From contig PWEK01000017.1 of assembly GCA_003553445.1 (NCBI GenBank), forward strand, positions 89 to 64,088: 64,000 bases of DNA. Reading direction: 5' to 3'. The position numbers and the translations under genes are program-made. Below the pieces are notes generated by a model. The model did not search any database and was not told where the DNA came from. It saw nothing but the letters and a program-made list of their open reading frames with translations. Numbering within the stretch: the first letter of the stretch is position 1; the number at the start of each line of letters is the position of its first letter. Positions 1-9,488 of the stretch are shown in pieces. The stretch is from Elusimicrobiota bacterium. GTDB lineage: Bacteria > CG03 > SLGR01.

Positions 1-560
1 ATACCGGTTTCTTTAAGGCAGTCTGTAAATTCACTGACACCAAAAGGCTTCACAAGAAGCTGGTCCGCGCCGAGTGCGACCAGCTTATTCTCCATGCCTT
101 CTTCCGGATACCCTGTTATGACAACTATGTGAGGGCTGCCGAGCCTTCTGTCTTCAAGAAGCTGACGCATTACGCCGTAACCGTCAATACCCGGCATCCT
201 GATGTCAAGAAAAAGAAGTGAAATATCCTCAGCGGCAAGTATTTTCCCCGCGCTGAATCCGTCTTCAGCGGAAAAAACCTCAATACCGGGATACTTCCTC
301 TCTACTATCTTTCTGATATTTTCCCTGACATTAAATTCATCATCCACAATTAGAATCTTATGAGGAGCCTCCCTCAATTCGGCAACGGGGAACCCGTACT
401 TTTTTGAAAATTCAACAAGTTCCTTTCTTTTAATTCTGCGGTGGCCTCCCGGCGTTCTGTATGCCTTTATCTTACCCTCATCCGCCCATTTTTTTACCGT
501 AGATATGTCAACGCTCAAAAGTGCGGCCGCTTCATATGTGCTTACCGGTTTATCATTCAT
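1..560 (-). CDS. Response regulator with N-terminal excisionase/MerR-type HTH (HTH_17-like) and C-terminal receiver domain; C-terminus runs off the window
   Basis: Not in the ORF track because no stop lies inside the window. Reverse-strand translation from ATG 560-558 gives MNDKPVSTYEAAALLSVDISTVKKWADEGKIKAYRTPGGHRRIKRKELVEF (HTH). It continues KILIVDDEFNVRENI..LLFLDIRMPGIDGYGV..VVITGY..LVKPF (receiver pattern). The frame is open to position 1. Confidence 0.8.
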   Translation of the reverse strand, partial: MNDKPVSTYEAAALLSVDISTVKKWADEGKIKAYRTPGGHRRIKRKELVEFSKKYGFPVAELREAPHKILIVDDEFNVRENIRKIVERKYPGIEVFSAEDGFSAGKILAAEDISLLFLDIRMPGIDGYGVMRQLLEDRRLGSPHIVVITGYPEEGMENKLVALGADQLLVKPFGVSEFTDCLKETG

Positions 561-664
561 TTTTATAAATCCCCACTATTCTCATTATTCCCACTATACC
601 CAATAATATACAAACACAAAAGAACCCCCTTTTCAAGCCTTCCTTCTGTATTTATTTAAATATA

Positions 665-2107
665 CTACCTTATCGGAATTAGAAGGGAAAAAATGCTTCC
701 CCTGTCAGATGAGTCAAAAGAAATGTATCCCCCGTGGGACCTGGCAATATTTTCTGCCACAGCAAGCCCGAGGCCTATACCCTGCTCCTTTACATCAAAA
801 GAGGAGCTTGAAAATCTTTGATGAAACCTGTCATAAATTTTTTCCTTCTCAGAGTCAGAAATACCGGGCCCCCTGTCTTTGACTTTAACTGCGGCGCAAT
901 CCCCCTGCCTTCTTATTGAAACAGAGACTTTTTCTTCTCCGGGCGTGTACTTAATTGCATTATCAAGAATATTATAAACCGCTTTCTTTACGGCTTCCTT
1001 ATTATGCCTGAATGAATCCAGATGATCATAAAATTTATATATCACTATCTTTTTCTTCCGGGCTTTCGGAATTATCTCCTTTATTGCTTGAGAAACTGTA
1101 TCCTGCAGAGAATCCATGTGAAATTCCATTTCACTATTTCCTTCGTAAAACTTCTTATAATCAAGTATCTCTTCCATGATTTCTTTAAGCCGCAGAGCAT
1201 TATTTATTAACAGAGACGTCATCCTGTCCGTGCCGTATCTTTTATGAAGTATTTCGCTTGAACCAAGAATTGACTGCAGCGGAGTTTTAATTTCATGAGA
1301 TATATTTGTCAGAAAGATATCCTTCATCCTGTCAACCTCTTTGAGTGAATCATATATTTTGGAGTTTTCAACGGCAACCGCAGCCTGCCCTGCAAAAACG
1401 GAAGCTACGCTCAAATCAATTTGATTAAAACTGCCGGTCTTTTTTTCAGCCCTTAGAAAACCTTTATATTTTTCTTTAAATTTTAAGGGAGCAAAAAGCA
1501 CTCTTTTGTCATCTTTAAAAACCGCATCCTGAGAAGATCCGAATTCCTCCAACATACAATTATTATCTGATGCGAAGGGATTGTCATAAATTTTTAATTC
1601 GGAGTAATCCGCCCCCAGGGCTTTTTCAGCTTCCCTGCATATTGTCTTGATGAGCTCTTCAAGGCCCGTAAGCCGGCAAAGGGCCCCTGATACATTTGAT
1701 ATGGATGCTATTCTTTCCAGCTCGCTGACCCTCGTCTTTAGGCCGGCTTTTTCCATCGCTTTTTCCACCGAACCCCTTAAATCGTTTACCCCGAAAGGTT
1801 TGGTAATAAAATCATATGCCCCTTTTTTCATACAGATCACGGCATCTTCCACCGTCGCCTTTCCCGTCAGCATTACGATTTCTGTAAAAAAGTTTTTTTC
1901 CTTTATTTCATCCATAAAATCCCTTCCGCTAGCATCCGGAAGTCCTATATCAAGAAGGATTACCCCGTATTCCCTTCGTTTAAGCATCTTCCGCGCGGTG
2001 GATGCATTAAGCGCTGAATAACATTCATAGCCTTTTTTTTCAAGCGCCCTGGCACATGATTTTATTACAGATTTTTCATCATCAATTATAAGAACATTTT
2101 TCATCAC
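665..2107 (-). CDS. Hybrid sensor histidine kinase, REC-GAF-HisKA-HATPase_c
   Basis: 480-aa ORF. N-terminal receiver (VLIIDDE..ILLDIGLPDASG..TKPF), central GAF-like block, H-box NISHEIKTPLQSILG, ATP-binding boxes NAIKYTP, DRGPGI, GIGLGLAV. Confidence 0.85.
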   Translation of the reverse strand: MMKNVLIIDDEKSVIKSCARALEKKGYECYSALNASTARKMLKRREYGVILLDIGLPDASGRDFMDEIKEKNFFTEIVMLTGKATVEDAVICMKKGAYDFITKPFGVNDLRGSVEKAMEKAGLKTRVSELERIASISNVSGALCRLTGLEELIKTICREAEKALGADYSELKIYDNPFASDNNCMLEEFGSSQDAVFKDDKRVLFAPLKFKEKYKGFLRAEKKTGSFNQIDLSVASVFAGQAAVAVENSKIYDSLKEVDRMKDIFLTNISHEIKTPLQSILGSSEILHKRYGTDRMTSLLINNALRLKEIMEEILDYKKFYEGNSEMEFHMDSLQDTVSQAIKEIIPKARKKKIVIYKFYDHLDSFRHNKEAVKKAVYNILDNAIKYTPGEEKVSVSIRRQGDCAAVKVKDRGPGISDSEKEKIYDRFHQRFSSSSFDVKEQGIGLGLAVAENIARSHGGYISFDSSDRGSIFSLLIPIR

Positions 2108-2113
2108 GTTTTC

Positions 2114-4888
2114 CTATTCTTCAAGAACCTGCCTTATCTTCCGGGCAAGAACTTCGGAAGAAAAAGGCTTATGCAGAAAATTTATATCTTTCTTAATTAT
2201 ACCCTGTTTATGTATAACATTATCAGTATATCCTGAAATATAAAGAGACTTGATGCCGGGAACAATTTCCGAAATTCTCCCGCAGAGTTCTTTGCCGTTC
2301 ATCCCGGGCATAACAACATCGGTAATAAGAAGGTCAATTTCCCTCCCGTACTCTTTTGCAACCTTCACAGCGCCCGCAGCCGATAAAGAGGTCAAAACCC
2401 TGTATCCGTATTTTTCAAGCGTTCTCTTTAAGGATTTAACTATTGCCTTTTCATCCTCTACCAGAAGAATGGTCTCATTTCCGGAAAGCGTTCTTACCTC
2501 CTTCTTTTTCGGTTCACTCATATCTGCATCTTTGGAATTTACCGGAAAGAAAATTTCAAAAGCACTGCCCTCTCCGGGGGAACTGTGCACATCAATGTAG
2601 CCGCCGTTCTGCTTTACTATTCCGTACACCGTGGCAAGCCCCATCCCGGTGTTTCCCCCCCCTTTTTTCCTGGAAAAATAGGGCTCGAATATGTGAGAAA
2701 GAACCTCTTTTGAAATTCCGCACCCGTTATCTCCAAATGACAGCTTTACATATTTTTTTCCGCCGAGACTTCTCTGTAACTCTTCCCCGTCAAAAAAGCG
2801 GCCGCCTGAAGTTTCAATATTTATAACCCCGGAACCCGATATAGCGTCGCGTGAATTCAAAGAAAGGTTAATTATTATCTGATTCAGCTGCGAAGGATCA
2901 ATCATTATTTTTTCAACCCCCTTTCCGGGTATGAAGTTTATCTTTATATCCTCACCTATCAACAATTCAAGCATTTTGAGCATCTCTTGAATTGATTTAT
3001 TCAAATCCAACATCTTAGGGTTTCTTACCTGTTTTTTAGCAAATGCCAGAAGCTGCGCGGTAAGGTCGGCTGATCTTTTAGCCGCCCTGTGTATCTCCAG
3101 CAGATCACCATATACGGCAGAAGAGTGCTCCACGGACTCAAGGGCAAGCTCCGTATTGCTTATTATGGCTGTCAGCATATTGTTATAGTCATGGGCGATA
3201 CCCCCGGCCAGCTGCCCGATTGATTCCATTTTCTTAATCTGGCGCATCTGTTCTTCAATGCTTACCTTCTCATACGCCTTTGAAATTATGTTTGCAAAGA
3301 CCCTAAGCAAAACTATCTGTCCGGTTCTCCAGTTTCTTTTTGAACTGACAGAATCATAACCCATAAAACCGATAAGTCCCCCGTCCTTGTTCCTTACCGG
3401 AAACCCCACAAGCGATTTTATATTCTGCCTTTTGAACTCTTTTTTCTCCGCGACGGCATCACCGGGAAGCTCATCTATATCATCTATTTTTACAAAATCA
3501 CCCGACTTAATCATTTTATTCCACCAGGGCAGCTGTTTAACGGGGAAATCCCGGATAACTTTTTTCTGGGAACTTACTCCTTCCCTGCACCACTCATGAG
3601 TGTTGCTCATCCGGCTTCTGTCCTTTGAATACAAAAAAAGGTATCCCCTGTCCACTTTTAAAAACCGACTGCACCGTTCAAGGAGCATATTAATCTTCTC
3701 GTCAATATTGTTAATTGAAACATCTATGAATTCCCTGGAGACATCAGCCGCAAGACTGTTAAACCTCTGCTGTACTTTTCTCCCGGTTATATCTCTTACC
3801 GCACCCACAATACCCACCGCCCTTCCGCTTTTGTCCCTCAGGAACCTTGAATTCATTTCAGCATCAGCAAGTGATCCGTCTTTTTTTAAAAACTGCGCCT
3901 CGGTGATTCGGGACCTGTTTTTATCAACATTAGGTGACTTTTCCCTTTTAAGTTCCAGCTGAAGCGCCCTTTTTATTTTTTTAAGCGAGAGAGGAGTAAT
4001 CAGCTCCGAGAGTTTACTTTTTTTGCACTCACGATATTTTCTTCCTGTTAATCTTTCAATGGAGGGACTTATAAAATTTACGTTTAAATTTAAATCCGCA
4101 GTAAAAACCACGTCGGTCATGTTTTCGGTAATCCGCTTGAGCCTCTCTTCACTCTTTTTAATCTTTTCCTCAGCGGACTTTTTCGCAGTTATATCTCTGA
4201 TTAGTGCAATAACCGTATCTTCGTCAAAAGGGACCATTCTTGCTTCAAACAAGAGATTCCCTTCGGGCACCTTCAGTTCATACTCGACAGAGCTTAATTC
4301 TTTATTTTTAAGGGTTTTCCTTAAACAATCCATCACATTTCCAGCTGTCTTTGAAGGCATCACATCAGAAATTTTCTTTCCCAGAAGCTCTTCCTTTGGT
4401 TTAAATAACTTATTTTCCGAAGAGCTCCTGATATCAAGAAAAATCCCCTCTCTGTCAACCTTCATTACAATATCAGGCAGAGCTTCTATTATTGATCGAT
4501 TGTAGTTTTCGCTGCTGTTTAATTCGGCTTCCACCTCTTTGCGCCCGGTTACATCAAAAAAACACATAATCATCTTTTTAATTTTTCCGTTTTCTCTAAT
4601 CGGGAAACCGTGTACCTCACAGAGCCTCTCTTCTCCGCCGGGATATAAATGAGAATGCTCTGTCCTCGTAGACTCACCGGTCTGCTCTACCTGAGAAATG
4701 GGGCATTTTTCACGGCTGCACGGCTTTTTTAAATTGTGAAAACCTTCATAACACGGCTTACCGATAATCTTTTCTTTCTCCCCTGCAGCGGAATTCGCAT
4801 ACAAAATTTCATATGTGTTAACATCAACTATCAGAAAGGGATGCCTTATACCTTCAAATACCGCGTTGAAAAACTTTTCTTCTCTCAT
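2114..4888 (-). CDS. Multi-PAS/GAF hybrid sensor histidine kinase with C-terminal receiver
   Basis: 924-aa ORF. PAS-end linkers DVTGRKEVE, RDITAKKSAEE, RDITGRK. GAF-like block, H-box GGIAHDYNNMLTAI, boxes NSRDA / DNGCGI / GMGLATV. C-terminal receiver ILLVEDE..LLITDVVMPGMNG..HKPF. 6-nt gap to the next kinase. Confidence 0.9.
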   Translation of the reverse strand: MREEKFFNAVFEGIRHPFLIVDVNTYEILYANSAAGEKEKIIGKPCYEGFHNLKKPCSREKCPISQVEQTGESTRTEHSHLYPGGEERLCEVHGFPIRENGKIKKMIMCFFDVTGRKEVEAELNSSENYNRSIIEALPDIVMKVDREGIFLDIRSSSENKLFKPKEELLGKKISDVMPSKTAGNVMDCLRKTLKNKELSSVEYELKVPEGNLLFEARMVPFDEDTVIALIRDITAKKSAEEKIKKSEERLKRITENMTDVVFTADLNLNVNFISPSIERLTGRKYRECKKSKLSELITPLSLKKIKRALQLELKREKSPNVDKNRSRITEAQFLKKDGSLADAEMNSRFLRDKSGRAVGIVGAVRDITGRKVQQRFNSLAADVSREFIDVSINNIDEKINMLLERCSRFLKVDRGYLFLYSKDRSRMSNTHEWCREGVSSQKKVIRDFPVKQLPWWNKMIKSGDFVKIDDIDELPGDAVAEKKEFKRQNIKSLVGFPVRNKDGGLIGFMGYDSVSSKRNWRTGQIVLLRVFANIISKAYEKVSIEEQMRQIKKMESIGQLAGGIAHDYNNMLTAIISNTELALESVEHSSAVYGDLLEIHRAAKRSADLTAQLLAFAKKQVRNPKMLDLNKSIQEMLKMLELLIGEDIKINFIPGKGVEKIMIDPSQLNQIIINLSLNSRDAISGSGVINIETSGGRFFDGEELQRSLGGKKYVKLSFGDNGCGISKEVLSHIFEPYFSRKKGGGNTGMGLATVYGIVKQNGGYIDVHSSPGEGSAFEIFFPVNSKDADMSEPKKKEVRTLSGNETILLVEDEKAIVKSLKRTLEKYGYRVLTSLSAAGAVKVAKEYGREIDLLITDVVMPGMNGKELCGRISEIVPGIKSLYISGYTDNVIHKQGIIKKDINFLHKPFSSEVLARKIRQVLEE

Positions 4889-5146
4889 TATCTCTTTATA
4901 AAGCTTTTTCTTTTCTGTAATATCCCTGACTTATCATTAACCCTTTAACTTTGGTGCTTGAATCTTCAAACGGCTTACCCACCGTATAACCCCATATGCT
5001 TCTGCCGAGCTTTAATCCTAAAACACCTGCAGCGGAAAAATTCATAAAAGAAATCCTGTTTTTTTAATTTGAAAAACCGGGTTCGGGTTTCTTAAAAGTA
5101 GTCTCTGAATCTGTTCTGTTTTTATAATATATCCACCTTTTCTTTC
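4889..5146 (-). pseudogene. Frameshifted remnant of an additional N-terminal PAS domain of the hybrid kinase
   Basis: Three consecutive reverse-strand segments lie in three frames. 5146-5042: ERKGGYIIKTEQIQRLLLRNPNPVFQIKKTGFLL*. 5045-4896: MNFSAAGVLGLKLGRSIWGYTVGKPFEDSSTKVKGLMISQGYYRKEKAL*. 4930-4889: VRDITEKKKLYKEI, in frame with the ATG at 4888. Joined, they read as one PAS domain, parallel to the first intact PAS (FFNAVFEGIRHPFLIVDVNTYEILYANSAAGEK). Confidence 0.55.
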
Positions 5147-5267
5147 TTAAAAAAACTTTTTACGTTTTTTTATAAATAAGAAGTGTTTGATTCTTTAGAA
5201 CCGTCCTTACACAGGAAAACCCCCTATAAGAGTTTACGGAGACCTTTTCACTGCATTTGACAGTTTT

Positions 5268-5438
5268 TTACCAGGGATCTCCTTCCGGATCTGCCGGCTC
5301 AACCGGTTCATCAAACTCCCCGGAGTCCGGAGCTTCATACTCGTAATCCTCCTCTTCCCACTCATCCAAATCCGGCTCTTCCTGACCTCTGCATCCAGCC
5401 ATAAAGAATGCAAGCGACAGAACAATTAAAAAAGACAT
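5268..5438 (-). CDS. Small acidic lipoprotein (hypothetical)
   Basis: Internal ATG at 5438 gives MSFLIVLSLAFFMAGC (lipobox-like FMAGC), followed by a very acidic tail EEPDLDEWEEEDYEYEAPDSGEFDEPVEPADPEGDPW. The 91-aa track ORF has an implausible N-terminal extension. Confidence 0.45.
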   Translation of the reverse strand: MSFLIVLSLAFFMAGCRGQEEPDLDEWEEEDYEYEAPDSGEFDEPVEPADPEGDPW

Positions 5439-5539
5439 GATGGCCTTATATTTTACAGCAAAACCTCCCTGTAATTTTTTTGCTAACATAATAGGTAAAC
5501 TTAGAATACATAAAATACTAACACAAATATTTTTAAAAT

Positions 5540-6595
5540 TCAATCTTCTATAATCCTGATCTGCCCGATCTCTTCACCCACCAAAATATCTGTGCCATAT
5601 GTACCGGAAAGCTCATTTAATTTTTTAAAAACCTCTCCGGCGTCATCCCCCTTAAGGGGTTTAGGCTGAAAATTCACTTCCAGATTATTCACGTTTATCG
5701 GATAAACAAAAGCATCCTTAACTCCTGAAGGGGTAGCCTCAACCCGCAGCATGATACTATCTCTTACCCTGTCGGAATAAGAGCCAAAGACATAATTACC
5801 GAGGCTGTAGGCAATGAGGCTGCCGGAATAAACCTCTATCCCCTGGATAACATGCGGGTGATGCCCGAAAACAATGTCAGCCCCGGCATCAACGGCAATC
5901 CTGCCGAAACTCTCCTGGTACTGCCTGGGCTCTTTCACATGCTCTCCGCTCCAGTGAAAGGAAACAATCACCAGGTCGTTTTCCCGGGAAGCTTCGGATA
6001 TATCTTTTCTGAAATACTCTGCCTTGCCCCTTGCCGCGCCCGGGCTTTCCGCCTTCGCATTAAACTCCAGCGGATACGTATTGTTATATGCCAGAAAAGC
6101 TATGGAGATGGAACCGGTTTCAATTACCGCCGGAGTTCTTGCTTCAGTTAAGTTTCTCCCCGCCCCGGCATGTTTTATGCCGTATTTGTCTAAGGTTTTA
6201 ATCGTATCCCTTAAACCCTTCCATCCGAAATCCATTATATGGTTGTTCGCAAGGGATAAAGCGCTGAATCCGCCGGCTTTCAGCGAATGTATAACCCCGG
6301 TAGAGGCCTTAAGGTTAAAGGTTTTCTCCATGAATATCTCCTCCGAATAGGTCAGGGGAGATTCAAGGTTTCCAATTACCACATCCGCTTTCTCCAGAAC
6401 ATCCCTGACCTCCAGGTAAGGATATTGCGGATCCTCTATGAGAAAACCTTCGGCATGGCCGCCCAGATAAACGTCTCCCGTAAGCAGAATGCTCACCTTT
6501 TCATCCGCCCGGCAGAAGCTTCCCGCACTGGCGAAAAAAAAGAATGCAGTCAAAAACTTAACAAAAATTCGGGCTGTGTTAGCCTTTTTTATCAT
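5540..6595 (-). CDS. CapA/PgsA-family metallophosphatase-like protein (poly-gamma-glutamate synthesis family), secreted
   Basis: Motifs GDVYLGGH, GNLESPL, LANNHIMDFG, HWSGEH, GHHPHV typical of the CapA family. I prefer the ATG at 6595 (MIKKANTARIFVKFLTAFFFFASAGSFCRA, signal peptide) over the track start at 6685. Confidence 0.75.
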   Translation of the reverse strand: MIKKANTARIFVKFLTAFFFFASAGSFCRADEKVSILLTGDVYLGGHAEGFLIEDPQYPYLEVRDVLEKADVVIGNLESPLTYSEEIFMEKTFNLKASTGVIHSLKAGGFSALSLANNHIMDFGWKGLRDTIKTLDKYGIKHAGAGRNLTEARTPAVIETGSISIAFLAYNNTYPLEFNAKAESPGAARGKAEYFRKDISEASRENDLVIVSFHWSGEHVKEPRQYQESFGRIAVDAGADIVFGHHPHVIQGIEVYSGSLIAYSLGNYVFGSYSDRVRDSIMLRVEATPSGVKDAFVYPINVNNLEVNFQPKPLKGDDAGEVFKKLNELSGTYGTDILVGEEIGQIRIIED

Positions 6596-6713
6596 ATAAC
6601 CTCTAATAAGAATTAAACAGAAAACCCCTCTATTTTCAAGACGAAGAAAAAAATACCCCTGTGATATATTACTCTTTTTTGCCAATAATAAGATAAAGTA
6701 ATATAATAATTTT

Positions 6714-8243
6714 ATGTTTAAAAAGAATTTCGTTCTATATCTAATACTCCTTCTTATCGTACTTAACCTTCTTTTTTACTCCGGTTGGGACATCAGGGTT
6801 CAAACACTTACCTGGATTATCAGCCTTTTACTGGGATGGCTTTCTTTATGGAGAAAAACTGCCATTACGAAAAAGGCCTTTACGGTATATTCAGGGCTTC
6901 TTATTTCAGGGACGGCAGTCTCCTTCATATATACATATGACAAATACCTATCCCATATATCCCTGTTTACTTTATTCTCCGCTGCTGTGGTTTTTATTGT
7001 TTCCTCCTCTCATTCTACGGAAAAATTCAAAAAGGATTTCGGAAAATACATTATTTTCATAATATTCGGCGCTGCCCTGCTTGAACTCCTGTTCTTCAAA
7101 AACCTTTTTCCCAACCCGCATTTTAAAACCGCTTTTTACATTATGGGATTTCCGTTCCTTATGAAAAAAGCAACTATTGATACAAACCCCAAAGAGCCAA
7201 GAAACTATATTTATATACTCATCCTTTCAGTCTTTACAGTTTCTTTCTTTATTGCCTATTCTGTCTGGGGATGGGCTGTTCTGATTTTTTCGACGCTGCT
7301 TTTTTTACATTTGGAAAAAAAGATCAGGCTGGATTTCTTCCGCATCATACTCTTAGCCCTGATCGGACTTATTTTCGCAGCGGTATTCGTTAAACCGGAA
7401 CACTTTGCCGACAGGCTGGACTGGTTAAATTCCGGCATAACGGCATTTTTAAAACGGCCCCTTACAGGCTTCGGCCCCGGGACGACCCCACTGATACTCC
7501 CCTCTTTCAGCTTCAGGGATTTATCCCTCTTTTTTCATTCTTTTTTTCTTCAGTTCCTGGTAGAATACGGAATTATTGCCTTCTCCGGAATATTAATCTT
7601 TTTCTATGCAGTATTAAAAGAAACATATAAAGGAAAATACTCATCCACCGCCTTTATTTCCCTTTTATCTGTATTGATATACAACCTGTTTGAATATAAC
7701 CTGTCTATTCCGCTTATAAACCTTACTTTTGCGTTTATCTCAGGCCTTTATATATCCACCGACAATTATGAACTTAAAGTGAAGGATTCGACAAGAAAAA
7801 TAATTCTTCTTTTTCTGCTCATCCCAACTCTTCTGATAGGTCACAATATGCTTAATCCGATGTGGTGTTCCGGTTACTTCATCGAAGGTGCCCGGGCGCT
7901 GGCCCGGGGAAAACCTTCAGAAGATGCAAAATATTTTTTTAAAGAATCCTCTCATATTATCCCGGGATACAGGCCCGGAATACTCGGGCTGGCGCTGGTT
8001 GATATGAAAGAGGGCAATTTAAATTCCGCTGCAGATAAAATGGACATAATCTCACCCCGGTTTAAAAACAGCCCCTCCCGCAAAGCTTTAGAAGAAGCCC
8101 GGACTGATATCAGCAGGGAAAACCCTCAGGAAGCCTTAAACCATCTCTTTGATTCCGCATACTATCATCTGATAAAATTCAGAATAGAAGGTGAAATAAT
8201 AAATGACCTGTATTTAACAGTTGCCGACTCAAATATTAAATAA
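6714..8243 (+). CDS. O-antigen ligase/Wzy_C-like polytopic membrane protein with C-terminal TPR-like tail
   Basis: 509-aa ORF with ~10 hydrophobic helices. The loop motif RPLTGFGPGT is typical of O-antigen-ligase-like proteins. Soluble C-terminal ~130 aa. Confidence 0.55.
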   Translation: MFKKNFVLYLILLLIVLNLLFYSGWDIRVQTLTWIISLLLGWLSLWRKTAITKKAFTVYSGLLISGTAVSFIYTYDKYLSHISLFTLFSAAVVFIVSSSHSTEKFKKDFGKYIIFIIFGAALLELLFFKNLFPNPHFKTAFYIMGFPFLMKKATIDTNPKEPRNYIYILILSVFTVSFFIAYSVWGWAVLIFSTLLFLHLEKKIRLDFFRIILLALIGLIFAAVFVKPEHFADRLDWLNSGITAFLKRPLTGFGPGTTPLILPSFSFRDLSLFFHSFFLQFLVEYGIIAFSGILIFFYAVLKETYKGKYSSTAFISLLSVLIYNLFEYNLSIPLINLTFAFISGLYISTDNYELKVKDSTRKIILLFLLIPTLLIGHNMLNPMWCSGYFIEGARALARGKPSEDAKYFFKESSHIIPGYRPGILGLALVDMKEGNLNSAADKMDIISPRFKNSPSRKALEEARTDISRENPQEALNHLFDSAYYHLIKFRIEGEIINDLYLTVADSNIK

Positions 8244-8318
8244 ACATAATTTGATAAAATAAGCGCAAATATGCTATATATAACAATTAAAGAAGTTTCC
8301 ATAAGAGGGATTAAATAA

Positions 8319-8798
8319 ATGAAATCAGTAATAATATACGCCTCATATCATCATAACAATACAAGGAAAATAGCTGAGGTAATCGGGGAAAAGCTAAACG
8401 CAAAATTTATCCCTGCAAACCAGGCCGCCCATACTGACATAACGGAGGCGGATTTAATAGGCTTCGGCTCCGGTATATACTATTCCAGGTTTCATAAGTC
8501 TCTCCTGAATTTCATAAAAAACCTGCCGGTTCAGGAGAACAAAAAGTCCTTTCTTTTTTCCACTGCCGGAATGAAAAAAAACATCTTATTTAACAGAGGC
8601 CACAAATCAGCCAAAAAAATCCTGAAAAATAAGGGGTTCAAGATAATCGGGGAATTTGACTGCCCGGGATATGACACAAACTCCTTTTTAAAGGCAGTAG
8701 GCGGAATCAATAAAGGAAGGCCTGACAGGAGGGACCTTGAAAATGCAGAAAATTTCGCCGAAGAAATAAAAACCGCTTTCTCTAAAAATATACTATAA
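8319..8798 (+). CDS. Flavodoxin-family protein
   Basis: MKSVIIYASYHHNNTRKIAEVIGEKL..DLIGFGSGIYY..FLFSTAG..GGINKGRPDRRDLENAENFA matches the short flavodoxin-domain family pattern. RBS AGAGGGA lies upstream. Confidence 0.7.
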   Translation: MKSVIIYASYHHNNTRKIAEVIGEKLNAKFIPANQAAHTDITEADLIGFGSGIYYSRFHKSLLNFIKNLPVQENKKSFLFSTAGMKKNILFNRGHKSAKKILKNKGFKIIGEFDCPGYDTNSFLKAVGGINKGRPDRRDLENAENFAEEIKTAFSKNIL

Positions 8799-9488
8799 AA
8801 TTAGACCGGCAAGAACAGGCGCGAAGACTGCTGTGAAAAAGCCCATTAAGCCTATGGCAAGACCCGCAAGGGCTCCTTCATACTCATCCTCATCCAGCGC
8901 CCTAGCCGTTCCAAGGCCGTGAGAAAGCATTCCCATCGTTAAACCCCGCGCCATCTTTGTTTTTATACCAAAAAGATATAAAAAACAGGGGCCGAACATT
9001 CCACCGAGCAGCCCGTGAATAAGCGTAAGCGATACCGTAAGCGAGGGTTTTCCGGCAAGCTCCCGGGTTATACCTACGGCTATAGGCGTAGTCACTGATT
9101 TTGGAATGGCGGAAACTATAAATATTGAATCCGCCCCGGTGATTAACCCCAGAAAAATAACTAAAAGAATGCCGCATACGGAAATAAATATAGTGGATGA
9201 TAAAATAACCATTATGTTCTTTTTTAAAAGCTCAATCTGCCTGTACATAGGTATGGCCAGGGCTACCGTTGCAGGCCCTAAGAGAAAAGTTATATACTGC
9301 CCTCCCTCGTTATAGGTCTCATAATCTATCCCCGAGACCATAAGAACCGTAATAATCATTACCATTGACGTCAGCATGGGGTGTAGAAGCATACTGCCGG
9401 TTTTTTTGTATATAATAAGGCCCGCGAAATAACCCGCAAGCGTAAGCATCACTCCGAAAACCGGGTCAGAGAAAAAATCAACCTGCAT
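8793..9488 (-). CDS. lrgB: LrgB/CidB-family membrane protein
   Basis: 231-aa polytopic ORF of typical LrgB length and hydrophobic pattern (AIPKSVTTPIAVGI). It overlaps lrgA by 11 nt. Confidence 0.8.
   Translation of the reverse strand: MQVDFFSDPVFGVMLTLAGYFAGLIIYKKTGSMLLHPMLTSMVMIITVLMVSGIDYETYNEGGQYITFLLGPATVALAIPMYRQIELLKKNIMVILSSTIFISVCGILLVIFLGLITGADSIFIVSAIPKSVTTPIAVGITRELAGKPSLTVSLTLIHGLLGGMFGPCFLYLFGIKTKMARGLTMGMLSHGLGTARALDEDEYEGALAGLAIGLMGFFTAVFAPVLAGLIL

Noticed and set aside
441-659. 72-aa plus-strand ORF from the track
   Set aside because: It lies antisense to the clearly coding HTH-REC regulator (1-560, minus strand). Its sequence is low-complexity and basic with no motif, so it looks like a shadow ORF.
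5234-5425. 63-aa minus-strand ORF overlapping the small acidic lipoprotein in another frame
   Set aside because: It has no signal or motif. The alternative frame gives a lipobox plus a coherent acidic tail.
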